The notes: generated by a model from the letters alone, not told the origin. Shown: positions 37,029-46,202, numbered from the stretch's first letter. The stretch is 48,891 nt of DNA from Akkermansiaceae bacterium (GCA_044373535.1 JBILQA010000001.1:1-48891); one strand, 5' to 3'. Numbers and translations are program-made.

Positions 37029-38962
37029 GAACTCTAGGGGGGCAATTGTGCCGCTGGGTGTGCCATGCGCTGCTTGCTGGCGGGATGGTCGCAGCGGTGT
37101 TGTTTGCGGGCGGAACCACGCTGTGCGCCATGGGGCTGCCAGTCGCCCTGCTTGCCATGGCCCTGGTGGCCGCGGGGACCGGCCGCGCACTCGAACGCCA
37201 GGCGGCACCGGTTGAGTGGAAGGCGGCAGTGGCGCTGGCCTTGGTCTGCGGCTACTTTGTTTGGCGCATGGCCACCTCGCCGGTTCAAGACCTTGCGCGT
37301 TATGATTTCCTGCTGCTGGCGGGCGCTTGCTGCTTATGGGTGACACTGCGGTTCGCGCCACCCGTCTGGCGCTTGGAGCGTTCCCTTTGGCTGGTCATGG
37401 GCATTGCGGTGGCAGGCAATGCGGGGATCGCAGCCTATCAGTTCTGGGGTGACCCGGCGTTCACGCCAATCCATGCGGGGCGTCCGCAGACGGGATTTGG
37501 CAGCGGGTTTTATGCGCGCTACAACGACTTGGGGCCATTTTTAGCGGCGGCGCTGATGCCTCTGCTTGCGCTCATCGGCTGGCCGGGGATCCGCTGGTGG
37601 GTACGCGTTGCGGCGGGGATGCTCGCGGCGGTGGCCTTGGCGGGCCTTGTGGCGGCCCAGGCACGCTCGGGTCTCATTGCGCTTGGTGCGGGAACCTCGC
37701 TGCTGGTCATGCTGTGGTTGGTTTTGCCCGCCAGCGCGGGTGGGAAGCGCGGGATGATCCTGCTGGTTTCCCTGCCGATTTTGCTGTTTGGCGGCTGGAA
37801 GCTCACGACCGCCATGCTGGCTAACCGCGGATCCGCCGAGGAGGGCTCGAGTCTATTGCAATACAACGAGCGGCTATTCTATGCGGGCATGGCCATCGAG
37901 CAGATCGTGGAGCGCCCGGTGCTGGGATCCGGCAGCCAAAGCTACTCGTACATTCATCCGCGTTTCTGGCCGCAACGGGGCTGGGGCGCCTCGCGCAATC
38001 CGCGCTGGGCACACAATGAGTTCCTCCAAGTCACCGCAGACTACGGACTGCTCGGGTTGCTTTTGCTGCTTGGCGGCCTCGGCTGGCTATGGTTGAGGGG
38101 GGCCGTCGCCGCCATCTCTTGCAATACCCGGGAGAAGGCCACCAGCCAAGCCCTGCGCGCTGGCGCGGTTTGCGCCATGGTGGCATTGGCCGCCGCCGCG
38201 CTCTTCAGCTTTATTTTCCACCTTCTGCCGACGCTGCTCGTGCTCGCCTTCCTTGCCGCAGTCTGCGTGCCGAAAGGGGGGAAACCGCCGCACCGGGGCG
38301 GAAAGCTCGCGCTTGCTGCGGCCATGGGCATCATCGGCCTTGGGGTGTTTCCTGCTGCCGCCCGTGAAGCTCACGCGTGGTGGGCTAGCCGGGCACTTTG
38401 GCAGCCCTCGTCACTCCAGGCACGGCAAGCGGCTCTTGAGGACAGCTTGCGCATCAGCCCTTCGTTTGACCGCCACGTTGATCTCGGGGTCATCCATGTT
38501 GCCGCCGGGGAGCGGGCCGCTGATCCGCACGCGCGCCAGAAGTTCCTTCAACTCGCTGAGCATGAATTTGCCGCGGCCCAGCAGCGGCACCCCTTCGAGT
38601 TGGAGATCATTCACAACCGCGCCAACCTGCTCGACAGCCTCGGGCGCTTTGCCGAGGCTAACCCGCTGCATGCCCAGGTCGTTGCTGTTGGCGATCCGCG
38701 CGAGATCTGGTGGCGCGGGCGCTTCTATCGCGGCCGCCATTATGACCTCTGGGCCAGAAGCCTCTGGGCCCAGCGCCGGCCCGAGGAGGCACTCTGGCTG
38801 CTCCATCGCGCGCGCGAGGAGTTTTCCCGCGCCGAAAAACTCGCCCCGTTCCCGCCGGCGTCCGCACTTGCCGCCGTGGTGGCCCAGAATGCCGCCACCA
38901 TCACCCTGCTCGAGACCGCCCGGGTCCTTCCGCTGCGCCCCGCCTTCTTAGCGGGGGATTGA
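37025..38962 (+). CDS. O-antigen-ligase/Wzy-family membrane protein with a C-terminal helical-repeat (TPR-like) domain
   Basis: GTG start overlaps the tagF-like stop (GTGA). The polytopic N-terminal ~430 aa carry NPRWAHNEFLQVTADYGLLGL (Wzy_C His motif). The C-terminal ~200 aa are soluble and Ala/Leu/Arg-rich helical. Confidence 0.7.
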   Translation: MRTLGGQLCRWVCHALLAGGMVAAVLFAGGTTLCAMGLPVALLAMALVAAGTGRALERQAAPVEWKAAVALALVCGYFVWRMATSPVQDLARYDFLLLAGACCLWVTLRFAPPVWRLERSLWLVMGIAVAGNAGIAAYQFWGDPAFTPIHAGRPQTGFGSGFYARYNDLGPFLAAALMPLLALIGWPGIRWWVRVAAGMLAAVALAGLVAAQARSGLIALGAGTSLLVMLWLVLPASAGGKRGMILLVSLPILLFGGWKLTTAMLANRGSAEEGSSLLQYNERLFYAGMAIEQIVERPVLGSGSQSYSYIHPRFWPQRGWGASRNPRWAHNEFLQVTADYGLLGLLLLLGGLGWLWLRGAVAAISCNTREKATSQALRAGAVCAMVALAAAALFSFIFHLLPTLLVLAFLAAVCVPKGGKPPHRGGKLALAAAMGIIGLGVFPAAAREAHAWWASRALWQPSSLQARQAALEDSLRISPSFDRHVDLGVIHVAAGERAADPHARQKFLQLAEHEFAAAQQRHPFELEIIHNRANLLDSLGRFAEANPLHAQVVAVGDPREIWWRGRFYRGRHYDLWARSLWAQRRPEEALWLLHRAREEFSRAEKLAPFPPASALAAVVAQNAATITLLETARVLPLRPAFLAGD

Positions 38963-39667
38963 CGGCAGGTCGACAACCTTGCCAATGACCTTGCTGGCGA
39001 ACTCCTGCAGCAATCGCTCAGCTTCCTCCTCGCTGGTTTCCAGGTTGAGCTCCGGCACATCGCCATAGCGCATGGACACCGTGATGTAGGCCCAACGCTG
39101 GTCATAGCCGTTAAACAATCGGTCGCGCATGTCCATGAACGTGCGCTTCAGGTGGTCGTGGGTCATTTGCTGGTGACCAACGAAAAAATAATACATCAGC
39201 GAATCCAGCACGATCTCGTCCGTCTCATTGAGGCGGACTTTTTGTTTCGTCTTCAAGCGCCTCACCCCAATCCGACGCCCGTCCGCGAGCTCCACCACCG
39301 ACTTGGATCCCACAATGCCAAAGTGACCCTGCGAGGGCAAACACCTCTCCGGCCGATGGATCGAGTTGTTGAGATCCACTCCGGAAAGCACGATCGAGGC
39401 GCTGATGATGTCCTGCTTCTCTCCCAGAATGCTCGTCATCCCACGCTTGCTCTTCACGTAGTCCGCCTTCTCAAACTCCGTGTCTTCCGCCAGAATCTCA
39501 ATCTCCTCGCTCGTCGGCGGCCGCTTCACCCCAATCCACCCACCCAGCTCCAGCGGCAACTCCATCCGCACGCTCGACTGCGCCACACTCCCGCGCTGCG
39601 GAAGAATGTAAATCATCCCTAACAGCATCACCAGCGCCACCGGCAGCACGTACGTCTTGCGCATCAC
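38948..39667 (-). CDS. EpsI-family exosortase-associated protein
   Basis: N-terminal TM anchor MRKTYVLPVALVMLLGMIY and hallmark SIHRPERCLPSQGH. GTG at 39667, or ATG at 39664, overlaps the exosortase stop. Confidence 0.8.
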   Translation of the reverse strand: MMRKTYVLPVALVMLLGMIYILPQRGSVAQSSVRMELPLELGGWIGVKRPPTSEEIEILAEDTEFEKADYVKSKRGMTSILGEKQDIISASIVLSGVDLNNSIHRPERCLPSQGHFGIVGSKSVVELADGRRIGVRRLKTKQKVRLNETDEIVLDSLMYYFFVGHQQMTHDHLKRTFMDMRDRLFNGYDQRWAYITVSMRYGDVPELNLETSEEEAERLLQEFASKVIGKVVDLPSIPR

Positions 39668-40683
39668 CTCGCCGCCCCCCCGGATCTAATCGATAGCCGC
39701 CGCCGCGCCGCCGCACGCCAGGGCGTCCCGCCCTCAAGCAGCGCGTGCAGACCTAACATCATAGCCAGCGACACCGGATAGAACAGCAGCAGCCCCGACC
39801 AATCGTGCCATGTCCCGGCGGCGAACTTTGCGTCCCCATGCTGGGCGAGGATGACGATCGAGCCCACCCGCAGTGCGTTGCCAATGATCGCCAGCGGCAC
39901 CGCCGAGGCTAACAACACCGCGCGCTTCCACAGCGCCAGCGGCGCCACGTACGCCCACGCGCTTGAAATCATGATCAGCGCCATGAGCGAGCGGATCCCG
40001 CTGCAACCACCGGAGATCTCCAGCGGGTTCCACTTCTGCGTAGGCGACACCACCGTGGTGCCCTGCACGAAATTCTCCACCCCGGCTAACAACGCCACGT
40101 GGTGCGCCAAGTACGCCGCGAGCCGCTGGAGGTGCACCGTGGCTTGTTGGAAGCTCGGCAGCGGGATGGCCAGGTAGAGGAAAAACAGCGGAAAGGCTAA
40201 CAGCACCGCCACCCGCCGGCCCCACAGGAACCAGCAGCTGCCCAACAGCACAAACGGCAGCGAGGCCACCGCGATGCGGGCCTGGATGGTGCGGAAGGCG
40301 GCGAGGTAGAGCAGAGCGCCGAGGACGACAAGGATGAGGCCCGCCCAGTCGGGATGGCCGGCGGCGGCGCGGATGCGTGGCCATGAGAAGCGGATGAGGC
40401 CGGCGATGATGACCGGAACGAGGATGCCGTGCTCATAATCGGTGGCAGGGTTCCACGAGCGGTAGAGCCAATAGAGCGTTGAGAAGCCGCGGCGCGGACC
40501 ATAGAGGTCAATCCCGAGGTAGAAAAAAGCCAGCACCGCCATGGAGATGGCGGGGACCCACCAGACGCTCGGATCGGAACGCCCAGGGGCGGCATGCGGA
40601 GCGCTTCCGGAACTTGGCTGACTCATGGACTCGAGGGTCGCGCTTTCTAGGAGTGAAGCGGGATTGCGGGAAAAATTCGCCAA
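39664..40683 (-). CDS. exosortase (EpsH/Xrt family transpeptidase)
   Basis: Polytopic. Active-site region LEISGGCSGIRSLMAL (Cys) and IIGNALRVGSIV (Arg). TTG start at 40683; the ATG at 40626 (MSQPSSG) is an alternative. Confidence 0.85.
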   Translation of the reverse strand: MANFSRNPASLLESATLESMSQPSSGSAPHAAPGRSDPSVWWVPAISMAVLAFFYLGIDLYGPRRGFSTLYWLYRSWNPATDYEHGILVPVIIAGLIRFSWPRIRAAAGHPDWAGLILVVLGALLYLAAFRTIQARIAVASLPFVLLGSCWFLWGRRVAVLLAFPLFFLYLAIPLPSFQQATVHLQRLAAYLAHHVALLAGVENFVQGTTVVSPTQKWNPLEISGGCSGIRSLMALIMISSAWAYVAPLALWKRAVLLASAVPLAIIGNALRVGSIVILAQHGDAKFAAGTWHDWSGLLLFYPVSLAMMLGLHALLEGGTPWRAAARRRLSIRSGGAAR

Positions 40684-40737
40684 AGGGTTGCCGATCGGCT
40701 CTTAGCTGTCAACATCGCGCCCCCCGGCCCTCGTAAT

Positions 40738-41667
40738 ATGAAAATCATCAGTGGAACCGCCCACCGCGCGCTCGCAGAACGCATTGTCTCTTACTTGGAT
40801 GTCCCGCTCGCGGACGTCCAGGTGACGTCGTTTCCCGACGGCGAGACCTTTGTCCGCATCGACGAAAACATCCGTGGCGAAGACGTCTATATCGTCCAGC
40901 CGACTTGCCCGCCAACCAACCACAACATCATGGAGCTGTTGATCATGGTAGACGCGGCTCGGCGGGCCAGCGCGGGCCGAATCAACGTGGTGATCCCATT
41001 TTTCGGCTACGCGCGGCAGGATCGCAAGGACCAGCCGCGGGTCCCCATCACCGCCAAGCTGGTGGCCAACCTGATCTCGGCTGCCGGGGTCAACCGGGTC
41101 ATCACCATGGACTTGCACGCCCCACAAATCCAAGGGTTCTTTGATATCCCGGTCGACCATCTTTACGCCAAGCCCATCCTCATCAACGACCTGCGGCAGA
41201 AGCACGAGGCTGCCGACGGCGGCCTGACGGTGGTTTCGCCCGACGTCGGCGGCGTCAAGATGGCCCGCGCCTATGCGGATGCCATTGGTGCGGAGTTGGC
41301 TATCGTTGCCAAGCACCGCGTCAACGCGACCAAGGTCGAGGCGATGAATGTCATCGGCGAGGTCAGTGGCCGCGATGTCATGCTCGTCGACGACATGACC
41401 GAGACGGCCGGCACCCTATGCGCGGCTGCGGAAATCCTAAAAGCCCACGGGGCAAAGCGCATCTACGCGGCGGTTTCCCACGCGGTGTTGGGCGACCTTG
41501 GGCATGAGCGGATTGCCGCGTCCTGCATCGAGGAGGTTATCACCACCGACTCGGTCCCGATGGCCTGCGGCCCCAAAGTGCGCGCCCTGAGCATCGACAG
41601 CTTGCTTGGCGAGGCCATCCGGCGCATCCACCACGGCGAATCGGTCACCTCGTTGTTCGAATTTTAA
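40738..41667 (+). CDS. prs: ribose-phosphate pyrophosphokinase
   Basis: ARQDRK, DLHAPQIQGFFDIPVDHL, and VMLVDDMTETAGTL. Confidence 0.95.
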   Translation: MKIISGTAHRALAERIVSYLDVPLADVQVTSFPDGETFVRIDENIRGEDVYIVQPTCPPTNHNIMELLIMVDAARRASAGRINVVIPFFGYARQDRKDQPRVPITAKLVANLISAAGVNRVITMDLHAPQIQGFFDIPVDHLYAKPILINDLRQKHEAADGGLTVVSPDVGGVKMARAYADAIGAELAIVAKHRVNATKVEAMNVIGEVSGRDVMLVDDMTETAGTLCAAAEILKAHGAKRIYAAVSHAVLGDLGHERIAASCIEEVITTDSVPMACGPKVRALSIDSLLGEAIRRIHHGESVTSLFEF

Positions 41668-41776
41668 TCCGCCCGATGGGCGCCCCTGCGGCAGCCATTC
41701 CCTTGAACTAGCAGTGTTTCCCCGCTGAGGCGACCATCGCCCCGGCGCAGTCGCCGGCGTTGGATTGAACAAATTT

Positions 41777-41805
41777 TTGACAATTCCGCGCCACCCAGCT
41801 AAAGA
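41777..41805 (+). promoter_or_regulatory. candidate sigma-70-type promoter for rplY
   Basis: TTGACA (41777-41782), then 17 nt, then TAAAGA (41800-41805), preceded by an A/T tract. About 60 nt upstream of the rplY ATG. Confidence 0.4.
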
Positions 41806-41865
41806 ACCGCCCCCCGGACCCCCGGGACGACTCACCAACCAATCTCACACAAGGACCCTCAAGCC

Positions 41866-42468
41866 ATGGCCAAGACCCACACACTGAAGGCGGAAAGCCG
41901 CATTCGCACCGGTTCCGGATCGCTCAAGCAAATGCGCCGCGAAGGCTGGGTTCCGTCCGTCGTCTACGGCCGCGGCGTGGAGAGCAAGAACGTCAAGGTC
42001 AACGCCAAGACCTTCTCCGAGCTTCTCGGCAACAGCGCCTCGGAAAACATCCTCGTCACCCTGGATGTCGACGGCACCAACCAACTTGTTTTCCTCCAGG
42101 ACGTTCAGCACCACCCGATCACCGCCAAGGTGCTCCACGTGGACTTCCGCGCGATTGACGAGACGACCAAGATCACCGCCCACCTGCCGCTCGAGTTCAT
42201 CGGCGAGCCGGAAGGCGTGCGCGCCGGCGGCCTGCTTGAGCAACTCGTTCACGGCCTCGAAGTCCGCTGCCTTCCGAAGGATCTGGTTGACGCCATTCCA
42301 ATCGACGTCAGCCACCTTGGCGTTGGCGAAGTGATCCACATCGGTGAAATCACCTTCCCACAAGGCCTTACCCCGGTCCTCAACCCGAACGTTCTTGTCG
42401 CCTCGGTCGTCAAGACCCGCGTTGCCGCCTTGGCCGAAACCGCCGCTGCTCCTGCCAAGAAGAAGTAA
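41866..42468 (+). CDS. rplY: 50S ribosomal protein L25 / general stress protein Ctc
   Basis: LKAESRIRTGSGSLKQMRREGWVPSVVYG and the Ctc-type C-terminal extension. Confidence 0.92.
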   Translation: MAKTHTLKAESRIRTGSGSLKQMRREGWVPSVVYGRGVESKNVKVNAKTFSELLGNSASENILVTLDVDGTNQLVFLQDVQHHPITAKVLHVDFRAIDETTKITAHLPLEFIGEPEGVRAGGLLEQLVHGLEVRCLPKDLVDAIPIDVSHLGVGEVIHIGEITFPQGLTPVLNPNVLVASVVKTRVAALAETAAAPAKKK

Positions 42469-42481
42469 GCAACCAATCATC

Positions 42482-42521
42482 AAAAAGCCCGGCCCGCCCC
42501 AGTGCGCGCCGGGCTTTTTTG
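42482..42521 (+). terminator. rho-independent terminator after rplY (A-run and T-run flanked)
   Basis: AAAAAGCCCGGC...GCCGGGCTTTTTT. 8-bp GC-rich stem (42486-42493 / 42508-42515) with additional inner CGC/GCG pairs, then T6. Confidence 0.8.
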
Positions 42522-42588
42522 TTCCCACCCGCCGGCGCGTGGCGACTTGCTCCTTCCGCAGCTGCCCTAAACCGCCTAAACCACCGCC

Positions 42589-43164
42589 ATGGATGACGCC
42601 ATCAAGCTCGTCGTCGGCTTGGGCAATCCAGGCCGACAGTACGAGGGAACACGCCACAACATTGGCTTCGAAGTCCTCGACCGGCTTGCCCAGCGCGCCG
42701 GCGTGAAGTTTGACAACCACCTGCGCTGGCAGGCCCACGTCGCCAAGCTCCCGGGTGGCGTCCATTTGCTCAAGCCGCAGACTTTCATGAACCTCAGCGG
42801 CCGCTCGGTTGGCCAAGCGCTGCGGTTTTTCAAATGGTCGGCCAACCAGCTGCTCGTCGTTTACGATGACGTTGCCCTGCCGCTCGGCTCCCTGCGCTTT
42901 CGTGCCAATGGCTCGGCGGCCGGCCACAACGGCCTGAAGTCGCTCATCGAACACCTTGGCACCAGCGACTTCCCGCGCCTCAAACTCGGCATCGGCGCCT
43001 CCGCACCCGGCGAGATGACCGGCCACGTCCTGGGAAAATTCACTCCTGAGGAACGTCAGAGAGTCGAAAACACGCTTGCCACCGCTGAAGAAGCCGTGCA
43101 GCTTGCGCTCTCCCAAGGCCTGGCCCCAGCGGCAAATGCCTACAACGTTCGCACAGAACCCTAG
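42589..43164 (+). CDS. pth: peptidyl-tRNA hydrolase
   Basis: LVVGLGNPGRQYEGTRHNIGF, MNLSGRSV, DDVALPLG, and GHNGLKS. Confidence 0.95.
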   Translation: MDDAIKLVVGLGNPGRQYEGTRHNIGFEVLDRLAQRAGVKFDNHLRWQAHVAKLPGGVHLLKPQTFMNLSGRSVGQALRFFKWSANQLLVVYDDVALPLGSLRFRANGSAAGHNGLKSLIEHLGTSDFPRLKLGIGASAPGEMTGHVLGKFTPEERQRVENTLATAEEAVQLALSQGLAPAANAYNVRTEP

Positions 43165-43175
43165 AAACCATTCAA

Positions 43176-43463
43176 ATGAGCAGGAAATACGAAGGCCTTA
43201 TCGTCCTTAACACCAAGGGCATCGAAGGCACCGTCGACGATCTCGTCAACGCCGTGGCCAAGGAACTCATCGCCGAAGGCGCCAAGCTTGACGAAGTCCA
43301 GCAGCTCGGCCGCAAGCAGTTCGCCTACAACGCCCGCCACCTCGAGGGCGGCCTCTACGTCAACTACATCTTCGAAGGGGACCCAAGCCTCGTCGAAAAG
43401 ATCCAGTCCCGTCTGAAGCTCAACGATAAGGTGCACCTCCAGCACTATCAGCGGGTTTCCTGA
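43176..43463 (+). CDS. rpsF: 30S ribosomal protein S6
   Basis: MSRKYEGLIVLN...LGRKQFAY...GLYVNYIFEG. 95 aa. Confidence 0.9.
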   Translation: MSRKYEGLIVLNTKGIEGTVDDLVNAVAKELIAEGAKLDEVQQLGRKQFAYNARHLEGGLYVNYIFEGDPSLVEKIQSRLKLNDKVHLQHYQRVS

Positions 43464-43525
43464 GCCCGCGGGCCCAGCGATTGAAGGATTGCTGCCAATA
43501 AAATTTCTCCCTAAGGTCGCAAGCC

Positions 43526-43984
43526 ATGGCCAACGTCAATAAAGTGATTCTCATGGGGAACCTCACGCGGGACCCCGAGCTCCGCTACACTCCCAAAGGG
43601 ACCGCGGTTGCCGATGTCGGCTTGGCCATCAACCGGGTCTTCGGCACCGATGGTGGCGAGCGCCGCGAGGAAACCACTTTTGTGGATGTCACCCTGTGGG
43701 GACGCCAAGCCGAGCTTGCCCAGCAGTACCTGGGCAAGGGCCGTGGCGTTTACATTGAGGGCCGCCTCCAGATGGACACCTGGGAGGACAAGGCCAGCGG
43801 CCAGAAGCGCAGCAAGCTCAAGGTGGTTGCCGAAAATCTCCAGTTTCTGCCCGGTAGCGGGACCGGCGGCCAAGCCGGCGGCCGGCCGAATCCTCCGCGC
43901 GAGGAAACCGGCCACACCCACCAGGAAGGTGCCTCACCCGCCGGTCACGGCGAGTACGAAGAGGAAGACGACATCCCGTTTTAA
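43526..43984 (+). CDS. ssb: single-stranded DNA-binding protein
   Basis: MANVNKVILMGNLTRDPELRYTPKG, FVDVTLWGRQAE, a Gly/Pro-rich linker, and the acidic tip EEEDDIPF. Confidence 0.95.
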   Translation: MANVNKVILMGNLTRDPELRYTPKGTAVADVGLAINRVFGTDGGERREETTFVDVTLWGRQAELAQQYLGKGRGVYIEGRLQMDTWEDKASGQKRSKLKVVAENLQFLPGSGTGGQAGGRPNPPREETGHTHQEGASPAGHGEYEEEDDIPF

Positions 43985-44094
43985 ACGGTCCAAGCGGCCG
44001 ACGCGGGCTACGGGTGAAGCGCCGCAAAAGGGCGGCCGCCTTCGTCAGGCCTTCCGGCGGCGCCACCACTGAACGAGCGCAGCCAATTGAAAGA

Positions 44095-44598
44095 TCAGCC
44101 CTGCCCGAGCGGGGCGATGACGTGGACGTGCTCCACGCCGTTGCTGGCGAACTCGTCCCAGTAGCGTTTCTCCTCCTCGCTGGCGATCTCGCGGCGTTCC
44201 TCCTCGGGAATCGCCTCCCAGGCCTCTACGCCGCGCTTTTTCATGAAGTCGCGGTCGGCCATGCGGATCATGAGCTCCTCCCAGAACGACTCGTTGCGGA
44301 ATTCCTCGTAACACTCGTGCGCAAACGCCTTCTCGAGGTATTCGTTGGTCAGCCCGTAGCTCTGGGACTCCTCGTCGAATTCGATGATGTCACCAAACCC
44401 GGCATGCGCCGCGCGCTCGAGGATCTTGTTTTCCAGCGCCTCAAAGGCCGCAACGCCCTCCTCGGCGCCCGGCTTGCGGTTCCATGACGCCACCAGACTT
44501 GCCAGAGAAACCATCTCCAGCAGCACGCCCAGCTCCTCGTCGGTGAATCGCAAATGCATATCCGCCCGCACCCTTTCACCCATCCGCACCAGCGGCAA
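44095..44598 (-). CDS. hypothetical acidic helical protein
   Basis: 167-aa ORF, 9 nt downstream of bioD on the same strand. TTG start; ATG alternatives at 44583 and 44559. No motif recognised. Confidence 0.55.
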   Translation of the reverse strand: MPLVRMGERVRADMHLRFTDEELGVLLEMVSLASLVASWNRKPGAEEGVAAFEALENKILERAAHAGFGDIIEFDEESQSYGLTNEYLEKAFAHECYEEFRNESFWEELMIRMADRDFMKKRGVEAWEAIPEEERREIASEEEKRYWDEFASNGVEHVHVIAPLGQG

Positions 44599-44607
44599 GC
44601 ACTGAGA

Positions 44608-45252
44608 CTAACCTCTGCCAAGCAGGGCCAAAAACCCCTCCACCTCGATGTCCTCCTGACCGCGGATGATGTCCGTGAGCACGGGAATCCCGCACAGGTC
44701 CTCGATGACACCCTTGTTGGTGATGGCGGCGGTGTCGAGCTCGTCGGCCGCATTATTGAAGACAAGTCCCGCGCAGGCCAGCCCGCGCGCCTGGATCGCC
44801 TTGACGGTCAAAATCGTGTGGTTGAGCGCGCCAAGCTTGTTGGAGACCACCAACAAGACTGGCAGCCCGAGGTCGGCCGCCAGGTCCGGCACGCCGTAGC
44901 CCGGCGCCAGCGGCACCTCCCAGCCGCCGACACCCTCGACGAGAACGATCTCGTGCCGCGCCGCCAGCGAGCGGTAGCCGGCCAACAAGCCGGCCGGGTC
45001 GAGCGGGCGGCTCTCCAACAATCCTGCGACGTACGGGGCGACCGCCGATGAATACCACAACGGATTGACCGCATCCATCGGCTCGGCGTGGCCGCCGGCC
45101 GCCACCAAGGTGACGGCGTCATCGCGGTCGCCGCAGCTCACCGGCTTGTAGCCGACTGCATCGCAGCCCTCGGCACGCAGTGCGCGCAGCAGCAGCGCGG
45201 TGACATAGGTCTTGCCGGCTCCGGTGTCCGTGGCGGTGATGAAGAAGCTCAT
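44608..45252 (-). CDS. bioD: dethiobiotin synthase
   Basis: MSFFITATDTGAGKTYVT P-loop, YKPV, and VLVEGVGGW. Confidence 0.9.
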   Translation of the reverse strand: MSFFITATDTGAGKTYVTALLLRALRAEGCDAVGYKPVSCGDRDDAVTLVAAGGHAEPMDAVNPLWYSSAVAPYVAGLLESRPLDPAGLLAGYRSLAARHEIVLVEGVGGWEVPLAPGYGVPDLAADLGLPVLLVVSNKLGALNHTILTVKAIQARGLACAGLVFNNAADELDTAAITNKGVIEDLCGIPVLTDIIRGQEDIEVEGFLALLGRG

Positions 45253-45353
45253 GCCCCGCTGTGCCTTCTCAGCGCGGCGCGGTCAAGGGTTCGGGCACAG
45301 GAATGGCCCGTGGAGGCCGCTCATCAAAGCCACCGGTCTCCTCAAGGTAGCCC

Positions 45354-46202
45354 TTAATCAGGAACCAGATCGCGATCGCCAGAATCAGAGAGGCGATCTT
45401 CGCCGGCCAGTTCTTCCGTAGCGCTTTTGTCATTGGTGGTGTCTGGGATAAATAGGGAAGCGAGCCGTTCGCGGAACTCCTCGTCGCTCAGGTCGCGGCT
45501 GAGCTTGCCATCCTCGCAAATTGAGATGGCACCGGTTTCCTCGGAGACAATCACCGCAATGCAATCCGTCTCTTCGGTCACGCCAATCCCCGCGCGGTGG
45601 CGCAGGCCCAGCGAGCGGTCGCTAAGCTCCCCTTGGCTAACCGGGAAAACGCAGCCCGCGCCGGCAATCCGGTCATCCGCGATGATCATCCCGCCATCAT
45701 GCAGCGGCGTCTTCGGGTGAAAAATCGTCAGCGCCAATTCCGAGGAAAATTGCGCCCCAAGGACCACGCCGGTCTCCAAGTGCGGCTTCAGGCTGATATC
45801 CCGCTGAATCGCGAACAAGGCCCCGATCCGGTGCTTGGAGAGCTTGATGACCGCGTCGGTGAATGTCTCAATGAACGCCAGCCGCCGCGTGTTGTTGAAC
45901 GACAAAAAACGACTGCTCCCGACCCGAAACAAAAATTGCCGCAGCTCGGGCTGGAAAATAATCACCGCCGCGAGCGCCAAGCCCACCATCGCGTTGCGGA
46001 TGATGAAGCCGATGACCTTGAAATCAAACAGCTGCGTCACCAGCGTCAAGGCCACCAGGATCGCCGCCAAACCCACGAGAATCCGCGCCCCGCGCGTCGC
46101 CCGGAACGCCCGGAATATCTGGTAGATCCCGACCGCCAGCAGCAGGATCTCGATGGCGTCAGGCCAATGGTTTTTGAAGGAGTCGAGCATTTCGCGCAGC
46201 AA
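45354..46202 (-). CDS. cdaA: diadenylate cyclase (c-di-AMP synthase), membrane-anchored CdaA type
   Basis: Three N-terminal TM helices, then the DAC domain: GALFAIQRD, PLHDGGMII, GLRHRAGIGVTEETDCIAVIVSEETGAISI. TTG start; the ATG at 46190 is an alternative. Confidence 0.9.
   Translation of the reverse strand: MLREMLDSFKNHWPDAIEILLLAVGIYQIFRAFRATRGARILVGLAAILVALTLVTQLFDFKVIGFIIRNAMVGLALAAVIIFQPELRQFLFRVGSSRFLSFNNTRRLAFIETFTDAVIKLSKHRIGALFAIQRDISLKPHLETGVVLGAQFSSELALTIFHPKTPLHDGGMIIADDRIAGAGCVFPVSQGELSDRSLGLRHRAGIGVTEETDCIAVIVSEETGAISICEDGKLSRDLSDEEFRERLASLFIPDTTNDKSATEELAGEDRLSDSGDRDLVPD

Noticed and set aside
41760-41770. Third occurrence of TTGGATTGAAC (an identical 11-mer to 8819-8829), upstream of rplY
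   Set aside because: It lacks the TTGTTCA left half-site 8 nt upstream, so it is not a full copy of the palindrome. It is more likely an A/T-rich promoter-upstream element next to the TTGACA -35. I kept it only as a note.
41845-43116. 423-aa minus-strand ORF
   Set aside because: It is antisense to rplY, a strong terminator and pth. It has no motifs and shadow-ORF composition.
44031-44040. GGCGGCCGCC perfect palindrome between ssb and the convergent gene, as a bidirectional terminator
   Set aside because: A 10-bp palindrome leaves no loop. The realistic stem is only 3-4 bp, and there is only a short U-run on one strand. This is insufficient for a confident terminator call.
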